DNA of 60,239 nt. Source: a virus. Its lineage: Duplodnaviria; Caudoviricetes. The stretch spans positions 1-60,239 of IMG/VR virus record IMGVR_UViG_3300045738_002385. One strand, given 5' to 3'. Made by a program: the position numbers and the translations under genes. Each line of letters begins with the position of its first letter. Position 1 is the stretch's first letter. Under the pieces are notes generated by a model. It was not told the DNA's origin. It saw only the letters and a program-made list of their open reading frames with translations, and did not search any database. Positions 1 to 7,939 of this stretch are shown here, one piece after another.

Positions 1-127
<127 letters not shown>

Positions 128-148
128 CATGGAAAGACTGATGAGCTT

Positions 149-322
149 ATGAGTGGCAACTATTATGATGATGAGTGCTGTGGTGATGAGTACTGTGGCC
201 CTAGCAAGTACGGGCGTGAGGTGAAGCGGTGCCGTGTGTGTGACCGTGAGGTGGAGATGAGCACAGACCATGGTGTGTGTGACTCGTGTGCATCAGACAT
301 GGAGCGTGGTGTGCAGTGGTAG
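149..322 (+). CDS. Small Cys-rich zinc-finger-like early protein (57 aa)
   Basis: Manual translation, not in the ORF track: MSGNYYDDECCGDEYCGPSKYGREVKRCRVCDREVEMSTDHGVCDSCASDMERGVQW, with two CxxC pairs. Confidence 0.6.
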   Translation: MSGNYYDDECCGDEYCGPSKYGREVKRCRVCDREVEMSTDHGVCDSCASDMERGVQW

Positions 323-351
323 AATTTAAGCTGGTGAAATTGGTGTGTCTT

Positions 352-368
352 GTGGCACGCGGGGTGCT
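352..368 (+). promoter_or_regulatory. sigma54-like -24/-12 site
   Basis: TGGCAC-N5-GTGCT (353-368) against consensus TGGCAC-N5-TTGCW. Confidence 0.35.
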
Positions 369-395
369 GCGCCCGCGCCATATTGGCACACCTCT

Positions 396-410
396 ATTGT
401 GAATAACTTT
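396..410. promoter_or_regulatory. 15-bp repeated element containing a DnaA-box-like 9-mer (copy 1)
   Basis: ATTGTGAATAACTTT, identical to 635-649; TGTGAATAA is the reverse complement of TTATTCACA (consensus TTATNCACA). Confidence 0.55.
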
Positions 411-433
411 CATTGATTGTGCCACATTGTCTC

Positions 434-462
434 TTGACATATGGGTGTTTATGTGTTATATT
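434..462 (+). promoter_or_regulatory. sigma70-type early promoter
   Basis: TTGACA (434-439), 17-nt spacer, TGn plus TATATT (457-462); ATG at 468 suggests a leaderless mRNA. Confidence 0.75.
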
Positions 463-467
463 AAGGT

Positions 468-635
468 ATGTTAAACAAAGAAAGCATCTTCAGAGTAACC
501 CTAACCAAGGGGCCACAGACATCCATCATGCCCATCAAGGCAATGGACGCGAGCCATGCGTCACGCATCGCAGCCAACATGGGCTTGGGCCTTGTGGTCA
601 AAGTAGAGTTCGCCTGTGAACAAAGTGACAGCTAA
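468..635 (+). CDS. Small hypothetical early protein (55 aa)
   Basis: Manual translation MLNKESIFRVTLTKGPQ...FACEQSDS; starts just after the promoter. Confidence 0.6.
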   Translation: MLNKESIFRVTLTKGPQTSIMPIKAMDASHASRIAANMGLGLVVKVEFACEQSDS

Positions 636-649
636 TTGTGAATAACTTT
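635..649. promoter_or_regulatory. 15-bp repeated element containing a DnaA-box-like 9-mer (copy 2)
   Basis: ATTGTGAATAACTTT, identical to 396-410. Confidence 0.55.
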
Positions 650-662
650 ATGAAAAAACCGC

Positions 663-691
663 TTGACTTTTAGTGAAATCCGTGGTATATT
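663..691 (+). promoter_or_regulatory. sigma70-type early promoter
   Basis: TTGACT (663-668), 17-nt spacer, TGn plus TATATT (686-691); ATG at 698. Confidence 0.75.
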
Positions 692-697
692 ATAACA

Positions 698-1099
698 ATG
701 AAAGAGAGAAAAGAGATTATGAAAAAAGCAACTAACCTAAAACTCGGAGCCGTTTACATCAATGGCATTACTGGCACACCTTGCCGCCTTATCACTATCG
801 TACCTTGCGAGGGCGTTTGGATGGAAACATTCGACGGCCAAGGCTACGGCGAAACCGTCAAGTTTGAGGATGTGTTTTATGCAGATTCGGATGAGGTACA
901 AGATTACCTCGATGACCTTGCTGTTTGGAAGAATAGCGAAACCGCTCCGGCTTACAAAGATGATGGTTTTCAGTTACCACCACCGCCCGAAGTCATTCAC
1001 GTTCGAGGCTTTGTTGCCGAAGATGATGAGTGGTATGTCGGATGCGATACCGTTACTGGCCCAGATGGTAATGATTACCCAATCAAGGACAGGGATTAG
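698..1099 (+). CDS. Hypothetical acidic early protein
   Basis: 133-aa ORF directly after the promoter; alternative start at 719 in the AGATTATG context shared with 1179 and 1363. Confidence 0.75.
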   Translation: MKERKEIMKKATNLKLGAVYINGITGTPCRLITIVPCEGVWMETFDGQGYGETVKFEDVFYADSDEVQDYLDDLAVWKNSETAPAYKDDGFQLPPPPEVIHVRGFVAEDDEWYVGCDTVTGPDGNDYPIKDRD

Positions 1100-1178
1100 C
1101 ATTCCTACCGTTGCCCTGAAAACCTACGCTTGAGACACAGCGTGATGATTAAGGGCAACAAACAATTTATATAAGATT

Positions 1179-1358
1179 ATGAAAAACAAACTACCTGTGA
1201 TTGGAAAACTCCAAGACATCAACGAAGAATTCAACAAGGCGTTTGCTGACGAAGTGATGATGCCAATGGTCAAGTTCGCTGTGACAATTTTATTTGTTGC
1301 TGTGATTTTAGATTATGGATTTCAACTCATTGAAGCAATCGACATTTTGACCCTATAA
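1179..1358 (+). CDS. Small membrane protein (59 aa)
   Basis: Manual translation MKNKLPVIGKLQDINEEFNKAFADEVMMPMVKFAVTILFVAVILDYGFQLIEAIDILTL, with one hydrophobic segment. Confidence 0.65.
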   Translation: MKNKLPVIGKLQDINEEFNKAFADEVMMPMVKFAVTILFVAVILDYGFQLIEAIDILTL

Positions 1359-1362
1359 GATT

Positions 1363-1641
1363 ATGACAAAGATACTACCACCACGGAGAGAGCGACAATT
1401 CGACGAAACCATTTGCCTACAACGCGACAGCCTCGACCTGTACGTTGACGGCAAGCGTACTGCCAGCGAGCCTATTAACTCTGACGGCATGGAGAAACTT
1501 AAGAGCATGGTGTTTGACGAGTTGAACTCTGGCACTCTCTACCAGATTAAGATTCGCAACAGCGTACAATGGGAATCTGTGCCGACCAAGTTCGAAGCCG
1601 AAGGCTACTGGCAAGGGCTACTCTCCAAGGCGCAAGCCTAA
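1363..1641 (+). CDS. Hypothetical protein
   Basis: 92-aa ORF packed 4 nt after the previous stop; AAGATTATG start context. Confidence 0.7.
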   Translation: MTKILPPRRERQFDETICLQRDSLDLYVDGKRTASEPINSDGMEKLKSMVFDELNSGTLYQIKIRNSVQWESVPTKFEAEGYWQGLLSKAQA

Positions 1642-1702
1642 AGGAGCACCCCAAGGAGCACCCCCAAGGAGCACCCCCAAGGAGGAGGCCCAAGGAGGAG
1701 GC
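1641..1702. repeat. Short tandem repeats (12-13 bp)
   Basis: AAGGAGCACCCC(C) three times, then AAGGAGGAGGC(CC) twice. Confidence 0.85.
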
Positions 1703-1740
1703 GTGTCCGTGTTCGAGTTCGCGGGCACGTCTTTTTCTGC

Positions 1741-1757
1741 TTGGCACGAGAGCTGCA
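1741..1757 (+). promoter_or_regulatory. sigma54-like -24/-12 site
   Basis: TTGGCACGAGAGCTGCA against consensus YTGGCACGRNNNTTGCW, one mismatch. Confidence 0.45.
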
Positions 1758-1966
1758 CCACCCCAAAAGCGGCCTTGGGGTTGGGTGTGGCCCTATTTTT
1801 GAATTGTTTGGGTGTTGACAACTCAGGAAGCGGAGGTGGGGGTTAAATGCGAGTCTCCACAAGAAAATAGTGTTATTCATATGTCTATTACTATTATATA
1901 GGATAAGGGGGGGGTGCCTATTAATAAATATTAATGAATAAAAAAACATTAAAATAAAACGCGGGT

Positions 1967-1986
1967 AAAAATACCCCGAAGGGGTG
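1967..1986 (-). terminator. Intrinsic terminator for the glycosyltransferase gene
   Basis: Minus strand CACCCCTTCGGGGTATTTTT: short GC hairpin with a TTC(G) loop, then a T tract. Confidence 0.55.
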
Positions 1987-2042
1987 CACTAATTTAGGTG
2001 CTTTTAATATACCTCTTCTGTTATGCATGTAACAATCTAATG

Positions 2043-2819
2043 TTATTTTTTCCACTTTTCTCTCCAAGACAACATTCCTTGGTATGTTTCTTTTTTTGGA
2101 TCTAGGTATTTCATATGCAAAATATATGGGTCCGGAGTTTGCCAATAGTTTGGCGGCCGAACGTTCCACCTAGGGTCTAGAAAGTTTGTTTTGATATTTA
2201 TATCTTCCCAAGAAGGACGAACAAGTTGCGCGCATTTGCCGTTATCCCAATTTGATACTTCTTTATGGAATAATATGACATTAAGGCAGCCTTGGTCTGT
2301 ATTGGGGACGCAGCACTCTAATTGGTAAAGCTTCTCCGCTGCTAAAAATAGCTTTTTGATGTTTTCTTTTCTTTTATATACCAAAAATCCAGTATTAAAC
2401 CATGGCGCTAGCCCGTAATATTGCGGGTTATCCCAATCGGCGTCCATTTCTCTTGCTCCTTGTATGTCATATTTTTCGTCATAAGCTTCTAGGGGGTCTC
2501 TTAGTATCTCTGTGTCTGCATCTATGAAAATATTTATATCATAGGGGAATAAATTGTTGGCAAAGAACTTGCATCTTGAATCTGTAGGGTCATTTTTACT
2601 TGACTTGAATTTTTGGGGTATTTCTACTAAGCTTACATCTAGACTAGAGAAGTTTTTGAATAGGGATTTTTCGGTGCATATTGTGATAGGAAGTTTATTT
2701 ACCTTTCGGAGTGTGCTTATGCTGTATTTGCACATATCAACGTAGTCTCCGGGGCTGTGGTCCCATGTTTGTCCTTGTTTTCTTTCTTTCTTGATTACAT
2801 ATATAATTCCTGCATCCAT
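2043..2819 (-). CDS. Glycosyltransferase, GT-A fold, GT8-like
   Basis: IFIDADT (DxD motif), FNTGFLV, DQGCLN, WN and ILH motifs typical of GT8 enzymes. Confidence 0.8.
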   Translation of the reverse strand: MDAGIIYVIKKERKQGQTWDHSPGDYVDMCKYSISTLRKVNKLPITICTEKSLFKNFSSLDVSLVEIPQKFKSSKNDPTDSRCKFFANNLFPYDINIFIDADTEILRDPLEAYDEKYDIQGAREMDADWDNPQYYGLAPWFNTGFLVYKRKENIKKLFLAAEKLYQLECCVPNTDQGCLNVILFHKEVSNWDNGKCAQLVRPSWEDINIKTNFLDPRWNVRPPNYWQTPDPYILHMKYLDPKKETYQGMLSWREKWKK

Positions 2820-2845
2820 AATTCCTTTGTTATTCTACTTATTAT

Positions 2846-2851
2846 GTGTAA
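2846..2851 (+). promoter_or_regulatory. GTGTAA putative late-promoter element (first of about 16 copies; see findings)
   Basis: The same hexamer lies 10-40 nt upstream of many gene starts in the window. Confidence 0.65.
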
Positions 2852-2857
2852 ATTTAG

Positions 2858-3658
2858 GTGATGAGTCAAAATAAAAGGAGCTCCTCTCGAGCTAAAGAAA
2901 AAGAAGAGGTCAGAAATCAGATTGATGAAGAACTTCTCCCACAAGTTGAAGACAATCCAAATCCGATCAAGAGACAAATAAAAATAAAACAATTCCCTTG
3001 GACAGATAAACAAAGGGAGTTTTTTAAGTTAGCCCTTGATTTAGATGTTAGAGTTGTTTTTGTTAAAGGCCCAGCAGGAACCGCTAAGACACTTTTGTCG
3101 GTTTATTGTGCTTTACAACTTCTTAACAGGAAGCTTATTTCTGATGTTATGTATTTAAGGTCTGCTGTAGAGAGCAGCGCACATAGCTTGGGCTACCTGC
3201 CCGGTAGCGCAGAGGACAAATTAAGATTTTATAATTTACCTTTTCTCGATAAGCTAGATGAACTGCTGGCTGAAACCAGAGTAGGAAAGCTCGAAGAAGA
3301 GGGGCGCATCTCCATGTTCCCTGTTAACTTTGCGCGTGGCATGAATTGGAAATCTAAGTGCATTATCTTTGATGAGGCGCAAAATTCCACTGAAAAAGAA
3401 ATTACTACTGTTTTGACCAGAATGGGAAAACACAGTAGATGCTTCGTTTTAGCAGACCCTATGCAAACTGACATTAAAAATGAAAAAATATCAGGAGGAT
3501 TCGAAAGCATGTTTAGCATTTTCTCAGACCAAGAGAGCAGAGATCACGGGATCCATACATTTGAGTTCTCTGAAGAAGATATAATGAGGTCAAAATTAGT
3601 GAAGTTTTTAATAACTAAGCTAAACAATCACTATGCTACTCCCAGCGAAAAAGTGTAA
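2858..3658 (+). CDS. phoH: PhoH-like ATPase
   Basis: Walker A GPAGTAKT, plus LGYLPG, RG and IIFDEAQN...LTRMG...DPMQTD motifs. Confidence 0.92.
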   Translation: MMSQNKRSSSRAKEKEEVRNQIDEELLPQVEDNPNPIKRQIKIKQFPWTDKQREFFKLALDLDVRVVFVKGPAGTAKTLLSVYCALQLLNRKLISDVMYLRSAVESSAHSLGYLPGSAEDKLRFYNLPFLDKLDELLAETRVGKLEEEGRISMFPVNFARGMNWKSKCIIFDEAQNSTEKEITTVLTRMGKHSRCFVLADPMQTDIKNEKISGGFESMFSIFSDQESRDHGIHTFEFSEEDIMRSKLVKFLITKLNNHYATPSEKV

Positions 3659-3669
3659 TGTAAATAGTT

Positions 3670-3816
3670 ATGAATATATGGAAAAAATTTAGGCATTGGT
3701 TATGTAATGTTGGGTTGTGCAATCTAGACAAGTGTCAGTGCGAATGTCACAGCGATATACCTAATGACTGCAAAAATCCAAAATGTGTATGTAAAAAAAG
3801 CGAAATGGATAAATAA
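3670..3816 (+). CDS. Small Cys-rich metallothionein-like protein (48 aa)
   Basis: Manual translation MNIWKKFRHWLCNVGLCNLDKCQCECHSDIPNDCKNPKCVCKKSEMDK (8 Cys); GTGTAA at 3653-3658; fills the gap between two genes. Confidence 0.6.
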   Translation: MNIWKKFRHWLCNVGLCNLDKCQCECHSDIPNDCKNPKCVCKKSEMDK

Positions 3817-3827
3817 GGCAAAATATC

Positions 3828-5135
3828 ATGGACGGAGAAAAACCAGTATTACCAGCCTGCAGTGGGCTGTCCTTCACGCGCCAGCGGCGCGCGAAGCTCA
3901 AGGACTGGCAAGAGTCTGGGAGCGGAGGTGCCGAGGCGATTCGCCGCCTTACACTCGCCTGTAGAACGTTGACCGCCGCCATGAAGGTCAAGAACGAAGG
4001 CGGCAAGCCCTACCTTACTAAGGCCATTGCTGACGTCGCACTTAACCAAATGATGGATACGGCGGAGAAGCACTTCGGGCAGTGGGGGTATCAGGTGGAA
4101 TTCAAACCACATATAAAGAACGGATATTCGTTGCTAATTGACATGGAGAAAAAAAGCCTCCTTGTCGGGGGCGCAGCTAGCAAAATAAACGATGTATTAA
4201 ACCCACCGGTGGAAAAACCGGGATGGCAAGATCCCAAGCCGTTTACGATGAGCCCCCCCATTGGCGGCGGGCTTGACGGACCACTCGGCTCAGAGTCCCT
4301 GAAATTCAAAAATTCGGATTGGGGGAGACAGTGTGACTACGCGACTCGGATAAGGCTAAATAAATTTATATTAGAGATGCGGGCAAGGAACAGGCTCCCT
4401 GAGTTTTTAGAAGTACAGACAAGAGTATTCTATGTAGATAAAATGCCGTTTTACACGGACGAGGAAGGCAAAGTGCATACATATACTGGTATGACAATAG
4501 ATCTCACCACCGACAAGGAGGGAAAGCTGGTCCCGACATACGTGATGGGCCCCGTGGTGAAATTACCCGATGGAAGCGGCTATGAGCAAACGGCCTTGCA
4601 CACAATTGAGTGGACAGTAATTCGGAATCCGGCTCACATATCGGACAAGGACCTCTTCGATTGGGAGATCCTATATGGAAAAGATTTTGCGAATGCGATT
4701 AATGCGCTCCCCCCTTCGGTTACGGAACAGCTACAACGCGACAATTTTTATCGGCCGGACATCTTTAAAACCGATCCGAAGGGTAACCCCGAAAATTATT
4801 ACGATCCTTCCGCCCTTAGACTACCGGACCCCTTTACAGGCGAATCAACTAGTGGAGCAGGCAAGACTGGCTGTAACCAGATAAAACTGGAGCCCATGTT
4901 TAAGAATTATGAAAAATGGAAAAATACACCTTGGGAGAATTATTTGAACCCAAATATAAGACCGCACAAACCGTACAAGAAGACAGGCTGCCTCAGCAGG
5001 GACAACCGAGAGGTCGCTTCTAGGGGAATTAGTAATCCGGAAGGACGTCCATTACTTCGTCCTGACACAAATTTTTCAGTAGACTCGGCAAAAATGAAGG
5101 CTTTGACGGATTCTGAATCTCAGAGAGTGGGTTAG
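3828..5135 (+). CDS. Hypothetical protein
   Basis: 435-aa ORF with no recognised motif. Confidence 0.75.
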   Translation: MDGEKPVLPACSGLSFTRQRRAKLKDWQESGSGGAEAIRRLTLACRTLTAAMKVKNEGGKPYLTKAIADVALNQMMDTAEKHFGQWGYQVEFKPHIKNGYSLLIDMEKKSLLVGGAASKINDVLNPPVEKPGWQDPKPFTMSPPIGGGLDGPLGSESLKFKNSDWGRQCDYATRIRLNKFILEMRARNRLPEFLEVQTRVFYVDKMPFYTDEEGKVHTYTGMTIDLTTDKEGKLVPTYVMGPVVKLPDGSGYEQTALHTIEWTVIRNPAHISDKDLFDWEILYGKDFANAINALPPSVTEQLQRDNFYRPDIFKTDPKGNPENYYDPSALRLPDPFTGESTSGAGKTGCNQIKLEPMFKNYEKWKNTPWENYLNPNIRPHKPYKKTGCLSRDNREVASRGISNPEGRPLLRPDTNFSVDSAKMKALTDSESQRVG

Positions 5136-5314
5136 TTAACCTTGTCTATGGCGCTGTATATTTTACGGGCGTTATAATTTATGTCTACTGCCGATTGCCA
5201 AAGATCATTCTTCCCGCATGATTGTTGGCATTTATTTATTATAAGAAGTGAATCATTTCCTATTTTTTTTGCTAGCTTTTTTATTTCTAGTGCGTTTTGG
5301 TTTTGTTCTTTCAC
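5132..5314 (-). CDS. Hypothetical protein
   Basis: 60-aa ORF overlapping the end of the upstream minus-strand gene. Confidence 0.5.
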   Translation of the reverse strand: MKEQNQNALEIKKLAKKIGNDSLLIINKCQQSCGKNDLWQSAVDINYNARKIYSAIDKVN

Positions 5315-5711
5315 TTTTGCGACCTTTCTTCATCTTGGTTGGTAGTTCTTTTTCTTTTTCTAGGAGACCTATTTTATATACTTCTCCTTTTTTGTATTTT
5401 CTTCTTTCTAGCTTTCTCCACTTGCAATGGTTGTAGAGAAACCTACTTAAGGTATTTGCAAATTTTGCAATCTCTTTCTCTGTGGCGTCCCAAAAAAAGG
5501 CGTGAGCGAATTCATGTATCGAAGTATTTAGTTCTGATTGTTTTGTAAGATAGGGATTAATATGTATCTTGGGTTTCTCTTCCTTCGGATCCGCACAGGT
5601 TCCGTCTGCTTCTCCGTAGTGCCTAGTGTTCGGTTTGTGGAAAAGTACTTCATATTTTATATCTTTATTATTTTTAAATATGAAGCGTCTTTTTTTTCTT
5701 GCTTTAGGCAT
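5253..5711 (-). CDS. Putative zincin metallopeptidase-like protein
   Basis: TSIHEFAHAF (HExxH) followed by a Glu; GAGGAGG and ATGTAA upstream on the minus strand. Confidence 0.65.
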   Translation of the reverse strand: MPKARKKRRFIFKNNKDIKYEVLFHKPNTRHYGEADGTCADPKEEKPKIHINPYLTKQSELNTSIHEFAHAFFWDATEKEIAKFANTLSRFLYNHCKWRKLERRKYKKGEVYKIGLLEKEKELPTKMKKGRKSERTKPKRTRNKKASKKNRK

Positions 5712-5802
5712 AACCTATGCGCCCTCCTCATAAGATATTACATTCAAAAGTTATAGAAGTACCATAAAATGTGTAAAAAAATGGAATTTAGCCATTTTCC
5801 CC

Positions 5803-6156
5803 ATGATTATTACTATGAAACTTTATTGTCCAAAATGTGGCGTTGCTACGGCGTATACCCTAAAAAGGCCTAATTTCTGCGCTGAATGTGGAAGGCCCTT
5901 CGGTAAGGTGGAAGTAGACCAACCGGATCAAGAAGAGGGGGTCGCCGAGGAAAGCGTGCGAACGAGGCTAAACCTCAAGTCGCTTCAGGTTGAGATAGAA
6001 GCAGGAGAGTACAAAGGGACCAAGATAGAAGAGGTCGCAGGGACCCTAAGCGGAGGAAAAAGGCAAAAAACAAAACAAACAGGTAACGTCAACCAAGAAG
6101 CAGCAATGGAGCAATTTAAAAAAGAAGCTGGATCAATAAAGGAAAAAAACAAGTAA
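5803..6156 (+). CDS. Zinc-ribbon protein
   Basis: YCPKCG...NFCAECG; GTGTAA at 5771-5776. Confidence 0.75.
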   Translation: MIITMKLYCPKCGVATAYTLKRPNFCAECGRPFGKVEVDQPDQEEGVAEESVRTRLNLKSLQVEIEAGEYKGTKIEEVAGTLSGGKRQKTKQTGNVNQEAAMEQFKKEAGSIKEKNK

Positions 6157-6160
6157 AAAT

Positions 6161-6856
6161 ATGCAAAAGAAAAAAAGCCCCAAAAAGCCGAGCTTCGAAG
6201 AGAGCATAGACAGCATAAACATAGAGATAATCAAGAGAAGAGGTAAATGGAATTTAACCATATTAGCTTGGATGGATTTTGAGGACGTTGCCCAAATACT
6301 AAGGATTCATATCTATAAAAAATGGCATCTTTATGATCATTCTAAACCTCTTGCTCCTTGGATAAATAGAATAATATCAAATCAAATAAAAAATTTAATA
6401 AGGAATAATTATGGAAATTATTGCAGACCATGTTTGAAGTGCGCAGCCGCAGAGGGGGTAGAGCTTTGTTCCATCTACGGGAAACAAGACTCGAGCTGCC
6501 CCCTTTATTCAAACTGGGAAAAAACTAAAAAAAGCGCACATGACGCAAAGCTGCCGCTATCTCTAGAAGACCATGCACAAGAGGTATTCAATCAGCCCTC
6601 AGACTCTCTAGACCTAGAAAAAGCTGGGGAAAAATTGCATGCCGAAATGAAAAACCACTTAAGACCCATAGAGTGGACGGTGTACAAACACCTTTACGTA
6701 TTAAATAAAGACGAACAAGAGCTAGCAAAAGTAATGGGATATAAAACTACAGAAAAAAATAGGGCCCCGGGATACAAACAAATAAAGAATCTTAAAAAGT
6801 CGATAATAAAAAAAGTAAAAAGAGTACTAGATAAAGGTGAAATAGATTTATTTTAA
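6161..6856 (+). CDS. Phage RNA polymerase sigma factor (sigma70 family) with a Cys-rich insert
   Basis: Region 2-like DFEDVAQ...YD..KPLAPWINRIISNQIKNLIR; region 4-like helix-turn-helix at the C-terminus; CRPCLKC...C...C insert. Confidence 0.8.
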   Translation: MQKKKSPKKPSFEESIDSINIEIIKRRGKWNLTILAWMDFEDVAQILRIHIYKKWHLYDHSKPLAPWINRIISNQIKNLIRNNYGNYCRPCLKCAAAEGVELCSIYGKQDSSCPLYSNWEKTKKSAHDAKLPLSLEDHAQEVFNQPSDSLDLEKAGEKLHAEMKNHLRPIEWTVYKHLYVLNKDEQELAKVMGYKTTEKNRAPGYKQIKNLKKSIIKKVKRVLDKGEIDLF

Positions 6857-7939
6857 ATGGATATTATTCTTACAGAAGAACAAAAGCAAAAAGTTCTAGA
6901 TAAGTGGAACGCGACACCAAGCGACCCGCCTTCTCTATTAGAGCTAATAAACGCAGCCTTTCCAGACGAAGACGTAGACGGGAGAAGCAAGGAAGGAAAA
7001 GCGGTTAAAGAATTCTTGTCTACTAGAGAGATCAAAGCTAGGGGTGCCCACGAATACCAAGCAAAGAAAAAAATAGAGCTCACAGAAGAACAGGAGGAGT
7101 ACATAACAAACAACGCAGGGACAATGAAGGCTAATGAGTTATCAAGAATAATATTCAAAAATGACAAACTAACACCACTTAGCCAAGAAACAAGAACGGT
7201 AAACGAATTCCTAAAGACTATAGACACGACGACATACCAAGACACCAGAGAAATCCCCATCGGCGAATATAAACCCCCAAAGACTTTTGAGAAAACTATT
7301 TTTAAAATAAATAAATATATTCACGACAAAATAGACAAAAACAGACTTACCCCCAAAAGGAAAAGGGATATTCATGCAGTAACTGGCTATCTTGAAACTT
7401 ATCGTTTTATTCACCAGATGAATACGTATGACGACAGAACAGATAGAGGTCTGTTCGAAAGTAGCTTTGTTAGGTATACGAATGATAAATGCGACTTGTC
7501 CCAAGAAGAGGTTGATCAATATATAGTTTTGTCTACTGAAGTGGTAATTGCATCCAGCATCCAAAGAAGAATAGGCAGGCTAAGCGAGCTATTAGACGTA
7601 ACGGCAGATGATAATGACGGGAGGAGAATGTCCATGAGCCTAGTAGATGCAATAGGTAATTCTCAAACAGAATATAACCAATGCGTTAATAGACAACAAA
7701 AACTATTAGAAAGTTTAAAAGAAAAAAGAAGCGACAAACTAAAAAAACAAATTCGGGACAATGCAAGCATTTTAAATCTAGTGGAAATGTGGAAAGACGA
7801 AGAGTCTAGGAAAAAGCTTATAAAGCTTGCCGAAATGAGAAGGCAGGTTCTAGAAAAAGAAGTAGATAATCTCACCTCCATGGATGAACTAAAAGCCAAA
7901 ATATTAGGCTTGTCAAGAGAAGAGGTCATAGATGGTTAA
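6857..7939 (+). CDS. Hypothetical protein, possibly terminase small subunit
   Basis: 360-aa helical/coiled-coil ORF two genes upstream of the large terminase; function inferred from position only. Confidence 0.45.
   Translation: MDIILTEEQKQKVLDKWNATPSDPPSLLELINAAFPDEDVDGRSKEGKAVKEFLSTREIKARGAHEYQAKKKIELTEEQEEYITNNAGTMKANELSRIIFKNDKLTPLSQETRTVNEFLKTIDTTTYQDTREIPIGEYKPPKTFEKTIFKINKYIHDKIDKNRLTPKRKRDIHAVTGYLETYRFIHQMNTYDDRTDRGLFESSFVRYTNDKCDLSQEEVDQYIVLSTEVVIASSIQRRIGRLSELLDVTADDNDGRRMSMSLVDAIGNSQTEYNQCVNRQQKLLESLKEKRSDKLKKQIRDNASILNLVEMWKDEESRKKLIKLAEMRRQVLEKEVDNLTSMDELKAKILGLSREEVIDG

Noticed and set aside
1110-1159. Hammerhead ribozyme (GAAA and TGATGA words)
   Set aside because: It lacks the C of CUGAUGA and a third stem; kept only as a generic structured element.
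1641-1702. CRISPR array
   Set aside because: The 12-13 bp units are directly adjacent with no unique spacers, and no cas genes are present.
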